DNA from: Octopus sinensis
Lineage: Eukaryota
Direction: 5' to 3'
DNA: 31,816 bases
Assembly: GCF_006345805.1 (NCBI RefSeq)
Contig: NW_021832186.1
Location: forward strand, 1 to 31,816
The notes under the pieces were generated by a model. That model worked only from the letters and a program-made list of their open reading frames with translations, was not told where the DNA came from and made no database searches. Of the stretch, positions 1-9,881 are shown one piece after another (the first letter of the stretch is position 1; each line of letters starts with the position of its first letter). The translations under genes and the position numbers were made by a program.

Positions 1-181
1 TCAGAATTACTCTACAATCTAGGTGTATTGCAAAAATCGGCTTTACTTGGAACTGCACGCATATTGCATAAAGTACCGTCTGTCTGAGGTCCCTGTTGTG
101 ACTTGACAAACAGTGCAAACCCTCAGTAGACACAATATCTTCAGTCAAAAATCTCACGATATTGCATACTGTGCAACGTCT
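1..181 (+). mobile_element. 3' end of Dong/R4-like RLE LINE (subfamily 3), followed by (TAA)n tail
   Basis: Frame +1 from 1..87 reads SELLYNLGVLQKSALLGTARILHKVPSV*, matching the C-terminus IQKIALLGTAHILRRTLSIQ* of the element at 9982. A short 3' UTR follows, then (TAA)n. Confidence 0.8.
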
Positions 182-292
<111 letters not shown>

Positions 293-298
293 GTACTG

Positions 299-749
299 GT
301 TTTATTGGCCACAAGGGCTAATATAAAAAACATGTAAGGACAAACACACTACAAAGGGTTTTGCGAAAAAGAAAGGTCCGTGTAAACATGATGATAAGAG
401 AAATTTAACAAGTAAAACTCCAAACAGTGGGAGGCGCTTTGAAAGGTTACTCGTGAAAAAAACCGATACTCGCGAAAAAACCCATGGGAGCCAGGTCAAA
501 CGGAGAGAGAGAGCCCCTTCTTTTATATTCCTTTTTTTTTTACAGCCGTAACCTCAGAATTGCTCCGTTCATACTGGCCATTTTACCGACATTCACCCAA
601 CTTTCCATAAATTTGCTACGAGACAGCACTTCCCTCTCTATTCTCATCTTCCTTTTCAAGTAGAAATCGAAAAAAGTTGATGAGACCTTGGCTAAAGAAG
701 AAAGTGGCTGGCTTTAGCCTTTTCAAACGGGTCCACCATACCACCTCAG
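299..749 (-). mobile_element. 5'-truncated 3' fragment of a Tx1/L1-clade LINE (ORF2 C-terminus + 3' UTR)
   Basis: Minus strand 749->540 reads EVVWWTRLKRLKPATFFFSQGLINF(1-nt frameshift)FDFYLKRKMRIEREVLSRSKFMESWVNVGKMASMNGAILRLRL*. This resembles the W..R ... F...W end of L1/Tx1 ORF2. The UTR ends in AGCCCTTGTGGCCAATAAAA. Confidence 0.55.
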
Positions 750-750
750 T

Positions 751-812
751 TGGTACTTATTTTATCGATCCCAAAAGGATGAAAGGTAAAGACACCACAG
801 CAGAATTTGATT
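751..812 (-). mobile_element. Fragment of tRNA-derived SINE family A (B-box region), abutting the LINE fragment
   Basis: Similar to 1090-1162 and 1283-1345 (tggtactt..atcga.ccc.aaaggatgaaagg..aaa...gaatttga). Confidence 0.75.
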
Positions 813-871
813 TGATAATAATGATGACGATGATGATGATGATTATGATAATAATAATAATAATAATAATA

Positions 872-919
<48 letters not shown>

Positions 920-935
920 TGATGATGATAATAAT
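813..935. repeat. (TAA)n/(TGA)n microsatellite
   Basis: Direct sequence. Confidence 0.97.
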
Positions 936-998
936 AATGAAAGAAAACCGCGTAAGGGAGATAACAATAGTGCTAGTGATCCCAATAAGAGAAGGTAT
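936..998 (-). mobile_element. Fragment of the Penelope-like terminal repeat family seen at 1792-2011
   Basis: Reverse complement of about 1792-1857 (ctctt.ttgggatcacta.cactattgttatctcccttacgcggttttctttcatt). Confidence 0.75.
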
Positions 999-1020
999 GT
1001 GTGTGTGTGTGTGTGTGTAT

Positions 1021-1187
1021 GTGTTCTTTTCTACTTTAGGCACAAGGCCCGAAATTTTGGGGGAGGGAGCCAGTCGATTAGATCGACTCCAGTACGCAAC
1101 TGGTAATTAATTTATCGACCCCGGAAGGATGAAAGGCAAAGTTGACCTCGGCGGAATTTGAACTGAGAACGTAAAAACAGGAAATAC
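1021..1187 (-). mobile_element. tRNA-derived SINE family A, 5'-interrupted, tail type 1
   Basis: B box GTTCAAATTCC on minus strand; body shared with 1188-1421; tail ...ccctcccccaaaatttcgggccttgtgcctaaagtagaaaag. Confidence 0.8.
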
Positions 1188-1421
1188 CTATTTCTTTACT
1201 GCCCACAAGGGGCTAAACACAGAGAGGACAGACAAGGACAGACAAACGGATTAAGTCGATTATATCGACTCCAGTGCGTAACTGGTACTTATTTAATCGA
1301 CCCCGAAAGGATGAAAGGCAAAGTCGACCTCGGCGGAATTTGAACTTAGATCGTAGCGGCAGACAAAATACTGCTACGCATTTCGCCCGGCGTGCTAACG
1401 ATTCTGCCAGTTCGCCGCCTT
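1188..1421 (-). mobile_element. Full-length tRNA-derived SINE family A, tail type 2 (octopus OK/OR-type SINE; exact family not assigned)
   Basis: Minus strand AAGGCGGCGAACTGGCAGAATCG (A box, 1399-1409) ... GTTCAAATTCC (B box, 1335-1345) ... TAGCCCCTTGTGGGCAGTAAAGAAATAG. Confidence 0.85.
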
Positions 1422-1520
1422 AGCATGAATAAGAATAATGACAATAACAATAGTTACCACGACAACAATAACAAAAACTATGGATGCAAAAAAAAACAAC
1501 AACAATAACAATGATGTATA

Positions 1521-1682
1521 GGTGCAGGCGTGGCTGTGTGGTAAGAAGCCTGATTCCCAACCACATCGTCCAAGGTTCACTCTCATCATGTGGCACTTTG
1601 GACAAGTGTCTTCTATGATAGCCTTTAACCAACCACAGCCTTGTGAGGGAAAATAGCAGACAGAAACTGGAAGAAGCCTACC
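1521..1682 (+). mobile_element. SINE family B head (tRNA-like + CORE-like domain), diverged
   Basis: TGGCTGTGTGG A box, GGTTCA B-box remnant, gtggcactttggacaagtgtcttct (MIR/CORE-like); paralogs at 2667, 5672, 13856, 14843, 19307, 20373, 22807. Confidence 0.85.
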
Positions 1683-1706
1683 ATAAAGCAAACATCAACT
1701 TCTACA

Positions 1707-1737
<31 letters not shown>

Positions 1738-1762
1738 GCGCGCCAGGGTCACTTCTCCCTAT

Positions 1763-1791
<29 letters not shown>

Positions 1792-1793
<2 letters not shown>

Positions 1794-2011
1794 TACACCT
1801 CCTCTTGTTGGGATCACTATCACTATTGTTATCTCCCTTACGCGGTTTTCTTTCATTCTCTCTGTTTATTTTCTCTTATTCCTTTCTTTTTGAAGAACGT
1901 AGGCTCGAAACGTAAAAGACTTTCTCACTTTCCCAAGCATCAAAGTAATACACCTGCTTGTTGTTCATACACCTGTCTTCGTTTTTTATTTTTCTATAAA
2001 TTTCAACTATA
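1792..2011 (+). mobile_element. Penelope-like terminal repeat remnant with degenerate hammerhead motif (~1885-1919)
   Basis: tttgaagaacgtaggctcGAAACGTAaaag. Same family as 16245-16418, which retains CTGATGA. Confidence 0.65.
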
Positions 2012-2014
2012 TTT

Positions 2015-2292
<278 letters not shown>

Positions 2293-2327
2293 GTATTTAA
2301 AAATATATATACATGTGTATAAATATA

Positions 2328-2638
2328 GCTGGCATTCTGTCAGTTGTGAGGATAAGGGTTCCAGTTGATGTCATTTTCAGAACAGCCTGCTGGTGAAATT
2401 AATGTGCAAATGACTGAGTACTCCACAGACACACGCACTCTTAACATAGTTCTCTGGGAAATTCAAAGGCTGATCCCTTTGAATTACAGGTACACTTCAT
2501 TTTCACCAGTTGAGTTGACTGGAGCAACATGGAAATAAAGTATCAGTTCAAGGAGTCATTGTTCTGTTGAGAATTGAACTCACAACGTTATGATCATGAG
2601 CTGAACAACTCTGACCACTAAGCCACGTGCCTTCACAC
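2328..2638 (-). mobile_element. tRNA-derived SINE family C, diverged
   Basis: Minus strand GTGAAGGCACGTGGCTTAGTGGTC (A box) ... GAGTTCAATTCTC (B box), then a CORE-like remnant ccttgaactgatactttattt. Confidence 0.7.
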
Positions 2639-2828
2639 ATAACAACAAAAACAATAAAAACAATACCAAGGAGTGGCTGTGTGGTAAGTAGCTTGCTAAC
2701 CAACCACATGGTTCCGGGCTCGGTCCCACTGCGTAACATCTTGAGCAAGTGTCTTCTGCTATAGCCCCGGGCCGACCAATGCCTTGTGAGTGGATTTGGT
2801 AGACGGAAACTGAATGAAGTCTGTCGTA

Positions 2829-2877
<49 letters not shown>

Positions 2878-3053
2878 CGTTTAAATATTTGTTGTGTGCA
2901 ATATTTTTATGTGAAGTCGTGTGTTGAAACAGATATTGTTGTATTTAGGAATGGTCATTTTGCCAGTTTAGCCAATAAAACACACGTACTATATATTTGG
3001 TTTTACTTTGCTTCGTGTTATTATTTTTTACATTAATCTTAATCTTATTTCGG

Positions 3054-3093
3054 CCAGAGATCTTTCGTCACTCTCCTGTGACCGCATCAGTAA
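3054..3093 (-). ncRNA. Type I hammerhead ribozyme motif, A9->C variant
   Basis: tta CTGATGC g GTCAC aggaga GTGAC GAAA G AT C T C tgg; palindromic stem III AGAUCU, triplet CUC. Confidence 0.55.
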
Positions 3094-3108
3094 GAAAAAA
3101 ACAAAGGA

Positions 3109-3148
3109 CCATTGATGAGGTCACAGGAGTGTGACGAAAGAACTCTGG
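3109..3148 (+). ncRNA. Type I hammerhead ribozyme motif, C3->U variant
   Basis: cca TTGATGA g GTCAC aggagt GTGAC GAAA G AA C T C tgg; stem I cca/tgg. Confidence 0.55.
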
Positions 3149-3263
3149 CCTAAATAAGATTAAGATTAATGTAATAAATAAATAACACTGAAGCAAATTA
3201 ACACCAAATATATAGTGCGTGTGTTTTTATTGGCTAAACTGGCAAAATGACCATTCCTAAATA

Positions 3264-3357
<94 letters not shown>

Positions 3358-3779
3358 TGTGTATGTGTGTGTATGTGTGTGGTGTGTGTGTGTGTGTCTG
3401 TGGTCTGTGTTTGTCCCCCTAGCATTGACAACCGATGCTGGTGTGTTTACGTCCCCGTCACTTAGCGGTTCGGCAAAAAGAGACTGATAGAATAAGTACT
3501 TGGCTTACAAAAGAATAAGTCTCGGGGTCGATTTGCTCGACTAAAAGGCGATGCTCCAGCATGGCCGCAGTCAAATGACTGGAACAAGTAAAAGAGTAAA
3601 AGAGTATAACAGCAACAACAACAGCAACATCACCAATGATGCTGTAAGTCTGGAACGCTTGTGAAATTTTACTTCGTTGCACTGTTTTACAGGAGAGAGA
3701 AGGAAGAAGAAAAAAGAAGAAGCGGAGAATATTTTATCACAAACCTGTCAAAACTTAATATTCTATAAACTTTGTATTA

Positions 3780-3845
3780 TACACAGTCATATTATTCATG
3801 TGTGTATGTGTGTGTATGTACATATACATACATACATGCATAAAC

Positions 3846-3890
<45 letters not shown>

Positions 3891-4004
3891 ATATATATTA
3901 TATATATATATATATATATACCATATACATTATAGTATATAAATACATGCATTCGTATATATTATATTACACACACACATATATATATATACATATATAT
4001 ATAC

Positions 4005-4039
<35 letters not shown>

Positions 4040-4391
4040 AACACATATATATACATATATATATATATACACCTATATACACACACAACACATATATATT
4101 ATATATATACATATATATAATACATATATATATATACATTTATTATATATATATATATATATACATTATACATGTATATGTATTTATATATATACATATA
4201 TACATATACATACATATATAATACACACACACATATATACATATATATACACACACATATATATATATATATACATATACATACATATACATATATATAT
4301 ATATACACACACACAAACACATATATGCTCACGCATCACTCATAAATATACATATATGTAGCTCTGTCTTTCTCTCTTTCTGTGTATGTGT

Positions 4392-4430
<39 letters not shown>

Positions 4431-4475
4431 CACACATACACATGAACGTATATATGTACACACGTTTATATGCAT
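3780..4475. repeat. (TA)n/(CA)n-rich compound microsatellite
   Basis: Direct sequence. Confidence 0.95.
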
Positions 4476-4740
4476 GGGTGTTTATCGAGTTGAGAATTTC
4501 AACAATATAATCTCACTAATCGCAGCGTCTTGTTTCTTTAGTCTTCAGCTGAAGGTGTATATATGTAGGTATATATATATATGCATGTGTATATGTGTAT
4601 ATATATATATATGTGTGTGTGGGTGTGTGTGTATGAATATATATATATATATATATATGCGTGTGTGTATGTATATCACATAGAGAAGGTAAAGGGGAAA
4701 GGCAGACAGACAGACAGGCAGGCACACTTTGGTTCTGGTG

Positions 4741-5420
4741 TTGATGATGATGATGATGATGGTGTTGGGAGTAAAGAAGGTGAGGGCGCTGGTGCTCGTG
4801 GTGGGTGGCGGTGGTAGTAGACGTTGTGATGGTGATGTCGGTGGTGGGTTGATAGTGTTGGTGGCAGTGGTGGTGGTGGTGGTGGTAGGTTGTGGTGTTA
4901 GCGTGATAACAGTGGAGTAGTGGTGATGGTACAGATTATACAATCAGGGAACGGGGTGGGGGTCATGGTAGTGATGCAGATGATGGTGGCAGGGGCAGCG
5001 GCAGTGGTGGCCACATGGTGGTGGTGGCGGTGGTAGCGGTGGTTGTGGTGATGGTGGTGGTGGTGGTGGTAATGGTGGTAATGGTGGTGGCGGTGATGGT
5101 GGTGGTGATGGTGGCGGTGGTGGTGGTGGTGGTGGTAGTGGTGGTGGTGGTGGTTATGGTGGTGCTGGTGGTGGTAGTGGGGATGGTGGTGGTGGTGGTG
5201 GTGATGGTGGTAGCAGTGGTGTGGTGGTGGTGGTGGTGGTAATGGTGGTGGTGGTGGTGATGGTGGTGGTGGTGGTTGTGGTGGTGGTGGTGGTAGCGGT
5301 GGTGTGATGGTGGTGGTGGCAGCATCAGCGGTGGTGGTAGTGATGTTAGTTGTGGTGGTGTATATTTTGTTACCTTTCTGCGTGGGGTGGTAGAGGAAGG
5401 TGGTGGCGGCAGGGGTGGGG
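4741..5420. repeat. (GGT)n/(GAT)n low-complexity tract
   Basis: Direct sequence; source of the spurious His/Thr/Pro-rich ORFs. Confidence 0.95.
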
Positions 5421-5671
5421 GGAGACGTTGTGTGGATATTTTTGGTAAAATTGGTCATCCTAAGAAATGTTGGTATGTGCAGGGTAGGGGAAGCGGGTGC
5501 CGGGGTGTGCGGGTATGTTAGGAATCGAATACAGTTCTGAAGAGAGACTGCATACGTTTACACATATACACACACATACATGCATCATATACATATACAT
5601 GTATATATAGATATACATATGTGTGTGTGTGTGTATGTGTCTGTGTGTTTTTACATACATGAATACATTCA

Positions 5672-5855
5672 TATGGTTGTGTGGTAAGAAGTTTGCCTCC
5701 CAACCACATGGTTCCAGGTTCAGTCCCACTGCATGGCACCTCGGGCAAATGTCTTCTTCAATAGCCTTGATCCAAGCAAAGCCTTGTGAGCAGATTCAGT
5801 TGGCGGAAACTGAAAGAAGCCCATCATGTGTATATACATATATTTGTGAGTGCAT

Positions 5856-5906
<51 letters not shown>

Positions 5907-6085
5907 CATGTATGTTTGTTTCCCACCTCTTCTTAACTATTGGTGTTGGTGTGTTTATGTTCCCATAACTTAGTAGTTTGGCAAAAAGAGAAAATAAATA
6001 AAATAAGTACCAGGCTGGAAAAGAAATGTACTAGGGTTGATTTGTTTGGTTAAAACTTCTTCAAGGTCAAACCCCACCATCACTA
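5672..6085 (+). mobile_element. SINE family B, complete (head + internal (TA)(TG)n + tail)
   Basis: tggttgtgtggtaagaag...ggttcagtccc...ctgaaagaagccc, (TG)n, then ...cttagtagtttggcaaaaag...aataagtacc. Confidence 0.85.
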
Positions 6086-6108
6086 CAGTAGTAATATATA
6101 TATACATA

Positions 6109-6140
<32 letters not shown>

Positions 6141-6151
6141 TATATATATAT

Positions 6152-6190
<39 letters not shown>

Positions 6191-6191
<1 letters not shown>

Positions 6192-6500
6192 CTTTTAATT
6201 TTTGCGCCCTTTTCAAGCCTAGTCAGGCTTATGGGCCCGGTTTCCCGGTTTCTGTGGCGTATGTGCCCCCCCCCCAGCTGAACGGGACGCCTGTCCACCG
6301 CAGCATTACTCAAGAAACAGGAGGAGAATGTGAGAGAAAGTTGTGGCGAAAGAGTAAGACAGGGGTCGCCACCAGCCCCTGTCAGAGCCTCGTGGAGCTT
6401 TTTGGTGTTTTCGCTCAATAAACGCACACAACGCCAAGTCTGGGAATCGGAACTCCGACCGCGAGTCCGCTTGCCCTAACCACTGGGCCATTGCGCCTCC
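6191..6500 (-). mobile_element. tRNA-derived SINE family D, tail type 1
   Basis: Minus strand GGAGGCGCAATGGCCCAGTGGTTAGG ... GTTCCGATTCCC; central domain shared with 16800-16964; tail ...gaaaccgggaaaccgggcccataagcc. Confidence 0.8.
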
Positions 6501-6605
6501 ACACACACACACACACCCACATCACATACACACACACACACATATATATATAATAATATTATTATATATATATATATCTATATATATATATATATATATT
6601 ATATA

Positions 6606-6745
6606 CATAACAAATAAAAGACAGAAGATGGACGATACGAGAATATATTATTAATAACACAATTGTTTCGACACATCCAGCATCGACTCATCCAGAAAGA
6701 CGATGCAAAAAATCAATTCGAAGCTCCCTATCCTCAGTCAAGGAC
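6606..6745 (-). mobile_element. Probable Penelope-like terminal remnant with degenerate hammerhead
   Basis: Minus strand ctggatgagtcga...tcGAAACAATTGTg; palindromic stem III; core has an extra G, stem II is poor and H17=G. Confidence 0.4.
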
Positions 6746-6975
6746 CGGATCATCCTCGCAATATACATGTATGTATGTATGTATGTATGTATGTATGTAT
6801 GTATGTATGTATGTATGTATGTATGTATGTATGTATGTATGTATGTATGTGTATGTCTGCGTGTCTGTGTGTGTGCGTAATGTATTGATCCATGATAGAA
6901 AATTCGACAGAAAATGTGCTCCAACTGGTGAGATATAAATATTATCTATTTAAAGGTCACAATACATGTATTAAA

Positions 6976-7028
6976 GTGCTACTAAAAGCTTCATATGTTG
7001 AGAGGACTCAAACATATTCTTCAGGTAC
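6976..7028 (-). ncRNA. Type I hammerhead motif, degenerate (GAAG; stem I mismatch)
   Basis: gtac CTGAAGA atatgtt..caacatat GAAG C tttta GTA gcac. Confidence 0.5.
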
Positions 7029-7049
7029 AAATGATTTGATGTGTGGTTC

Positions 7050-7102
7050 GTGCCTGAAGAATATGTTTGAGTTTCTTCGACATATGAAACTATTTGTAGC
7101 AC
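7050..7102 (+). ncRNA. Type I hammerhead ribozyme, all core nucleotides intact
   Basis: GTGC CTGAAGA ATATGTT tgagtttctt CGACATAT GAAA C tattt G T A GCAC: stem I 4 bp, stem II 7 bp, stem III 2 bp, GUA triplet (cleavage after 7098). Confidence 0.8.
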
Positions 7103-7154
7103 TTTAATACATGTATTGTGACCTTTAAATAAATAATATATATATATATATTTT

Positions 7155-7367
7155 GTTAATCCAAATATGAAAACACAAAGAGAAAACACAACAACGCGAG
7201 GAATGGAACAAGTATAGTGTTACTGGACGCTCAGGAAAGGAAAGAAAGAAGGAGGATTTAACGTTTCGAGCGGAGCTCTTCGTCAGAAACATAGGAAAAG
7301 GAAAGATCCAAGGAAGGGAAGACGGAAGAAAAAAAATCGCCAACGATACACACGCAGTCACATTTTG

Positions 7368-7370
<3 letters not shown>
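7155..7370 (-). mobile_element. Penelope-like terminal repeat remnant
   Basis: Contains an intact hammerhead motif; pyrimidine-rich upstream segment; bounded by (TA)n on both sides. Confidence 0.65.
7256..7290 (-). ncRNA. Minimal type I hammerhead ribozyme
   Basis: gttt CTGACGA a GAGC tcc GCTC GAAA C G T T aaat; palindromic ACGU stem III, GUU triplet. Confidence 0.7.
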
Positions 7371-7412
<42 letters not shown>

Positions 7413-7597
7413 GTATAGAGAGAGAGAGAGAGAGATTGTTATAAATGAGGATTTGAGAGGGACTATGAGGAAGGGTGCAAAATATAGGGAACTGTGAAGG
7501 ATAAGTTGGTATAAAATGGACAAGATTATTCAAAAACTGATTAATGGTTTTAAATACAAAGGTTGAATAGTGGAATTTAAAAAGTAGTTTAAAAGAA

Positions 7598-7724
7598 GGA
7601 TATTTCTCCTCATCTTGTTTGCTGTTAACACAACATTTCGGCTGATATACCCTCCAGCCTTCATCGGGTGTCTTGGGAAATTTCGAAACTGGGTTCTCAT
7701 TCTTAAGGTTATTTTTTGCTATTG

Positions 7725-7727
<3 letters not shown>
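7598..7727 (-). mobile_element. Penelope-like terminal remnant with near-intact hammerhead (7628-7671)
   Basis: acac CCGATGA a GGCTG gagggtatat CAGCC GAAA T GT T gtgt; U4->C and C15.2->U. Confidence 0.6.
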
Positions 7728-7806
<79 letters not shown>

Positions 7807-7830
7807 CATTATTATTATTATTATTATTAT
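7728..7830. repeat. (ATT)n
   Basis: Direct sequence. Confidence 0.97.
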
Positions 7831-8131
7831 TTTATGTTTGACTTTTGCTTTGTATTTGTACAAGTTGGCTCCAAGTCTCACCCAGAGACCTCAAGAGACA
7901 AGTTCATGTTGGTGTTATGCCTAGGGTGTCGTATATTTGGTTTTATACATAGAATTATTCTAGAAAATGTTTAAGAAACCATAAGAAAATTATGTTTGTT
8001 TTAAAATTTGAAATTACATAGATAGTCTTTTACGTAGGTTATGGGAAATTCCCATAAGCACTATCTTTTGAATTTCTGCCATTTTGGGGTTTCCTGGTGT
8101 CTGAGCTAGGTAGCAATCAGCCCCTTTTGCT

Positions 8132-8134
<3 letters not shown>
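7831..8134 (-). mobile_element. Dong/R4-like LINE 3' fragment (subfamily 2), copy 1
   Basis: Minus strand reads IAKGADCYLAQTPGNPKMAEIQKIVLMGISHNLRKRLSM*, then a 3' UTR (gaggtctctgggtgagacttg) and (TAA)n. Confidence 0.8.
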
Positions 8135-8166
<32 letters not shown>

Positions 8167-8184
8167 ATTATTATTATTATATTA

Positions 8185-8306
<122 letters not shown>

Positions 8307-8430
8307 TATCATTATATTATTATTGTTATTGTTATTGTTATTATTATATTATTAGTATTATTATTATTATTATTATTATATATTATTATTATTATTATTA
8401 TTATCATTATATTATATTATTATTATTATT

Positions 8431-8978
8431 GAGTGAGAGAGCAGTTCATGCCATCAAAGTGACACTGGGGTAAAATATACGAAGCCCAATATACCCATCA
8501 TGACTACCCGTCTGATAAAGGTACACCAGGCACATGCATCACAACCATATGTGCGCGACATGGTGATCTCATATCAAGATAAACAGCACATGACCTTGCA
8601 GGTGGGGCCCAGTTAGAATTTTCTTCAGGTTGAGTAGCCCATCCTGCTCAAACGGTCCCTGAATAAGGGTTGCTTTAGGATGTTGAACGAAACACCTATG
8701 TTTCCAGAGGTGAACCATTCAAACTCCAATAATCCCTCTCACACATGGCCATGATGCTCCCCCACTACTCTGCTCGTGATCAGAGATGCACTATCGTCAG
8801 CCACTAAGGGACATGCTCAACTGGTTAAGGTAAACAACTGACAGCAAATCTGTGGTATTGAGCAGAATATTTGCTGTAGCCCATCTTTTATACCAAGACA
8901 AAACAGTACATGATAACACTTCCAATCAGTTAAGATCAGAAGCCATGAGAGCCACTGCCTGGTACTGCATCAGGGCAT
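8431..8978 (-). mobile_element. Non-coding ~550 bp repeat embedded in (TAA)n; candidate non-autonomous TAA-targeted retroposon
   Basis: Complex sequence with (ATT)n on both sides and no convincing ORF. Strand is inferred from G-U pairs in its terminal hairpin. Confidence 0.5.
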
Positions 8979-8985
8979 ATTATTA

Positions 8986-9030
<45 letters not shown>

Positions 9031-9113
9031 CATTATTATATTATTATTATTGTTTTGTTATTATTATATTATTATTATTATTATAGTTATATTATTTATT
9101 ATTATTATTATTA

Positions 9114-9158
<45 letters not shown>

Positions 9159-9183
9159 ATTATTATTATTATTATTATCATTA

Positions 9184-9216
<33 letters not shown>

Positions 9217-9322
9217 CATTATTATTATATTATTATTATTATTATATTATTATTATATTATCATTATTATTATTATTATTATTATTATATTATTATTATC
9301 ATCATTATTATTATTATTATTA

Positions 9323-9390
<68 letters not shown>

Positions 9391-9436
9391 TTATTATATT
9401 ATTATTATTATTATCATTATTATTATTAATTATTAT
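8979..9436. repeat. Long imperfect (ATT)n
   Basis: Direct sequence. Confidence 0.97.
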
Positions 9437-9737
9437 TTTATGTTTGACTTTTGCTTTGTATTTGTACAAGTTGGCTCCAAGTCTCACCCAGAGACCTCAA
9501 GAGACAAGTTCATGTTGGTGTTATGCCTAGGGTGTCGTATATTTGGTTTTATACATAGAATTATTCTAGAAAATGTTTAAGAAACCATAAGAAAATTATG
9601 TTTGTTTTAAAATTTGAAATTACATAGATAGTCTTTTACGTAGGTTATGGGAAATTCCCATAAGCACTATCTTTTGAATTTCTGCCATTTTGGGGTTTCC
9701 TGGTGTCTGAGCTAGGTAGCAATCAGCCCCTTTTGCT

Positions 9738-9740
<3 letters not shown>
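9437..9740 (-). mobile_element. Dong/R4-like LINE 3' fragment (subfamily 2), copy 2
   Basis: Apparently identical to 7831-8134, including the 5' truncation point and the adjoining (ATC)n. Confidence 0.85.
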
Positions 9741-9772
<32 letters not shown>

Positions 9773-9792
9773 TATTATTAGTATTATTATTA

Positions 9793-9878
<86 letters not shown>

Positions 9879-9881
<3 letters not shown>

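Larger units (their letters stand above)
2879..3266. mobile_element. Inverted-repeat Penelope-like element with a hammerhead motif in each arm
   Basis: Arms 2941-3091 and 3111-3264 are reverse complements; flanked by (TA)n; the left arm extends ~60 bp further. Confidence 0.75.
2667..3605 (+). mobile_element. SINE family B (head 2667-2828, tail ~3395-3605) split by an insertion in its internal (TA)n
   Basis: Head and tail match the uninterrupted copies 5672-6085 and 13856-14280; tail ends in (GTAAAAGA)n. Confidence 0.85.
6885..7138. mobile_element. Inverted-repeat Penelope-like element with paired hammerheads
   Basis: Arms 6940-7028 and 7050-7138 are reverse complements (21-nt spacer); the right arm ends in (TA)n. 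Confidence 0.75.

Noticed and set aside
3644-3760. GT-AG pair and K/R-rich peptide ([21 protein letters not shown])
   Set aside because: The implied intron is only 49 nt, the purine-rich run is low complexity and no homology was recognised.
4545-5458. His/Pro/Thr-rich ORFs resembling histidine-rich or mucin proteins
   Set aside because: All frames are open because of the (GGT)n/(GAT)n tract; no non-repetitive domain or splice support.
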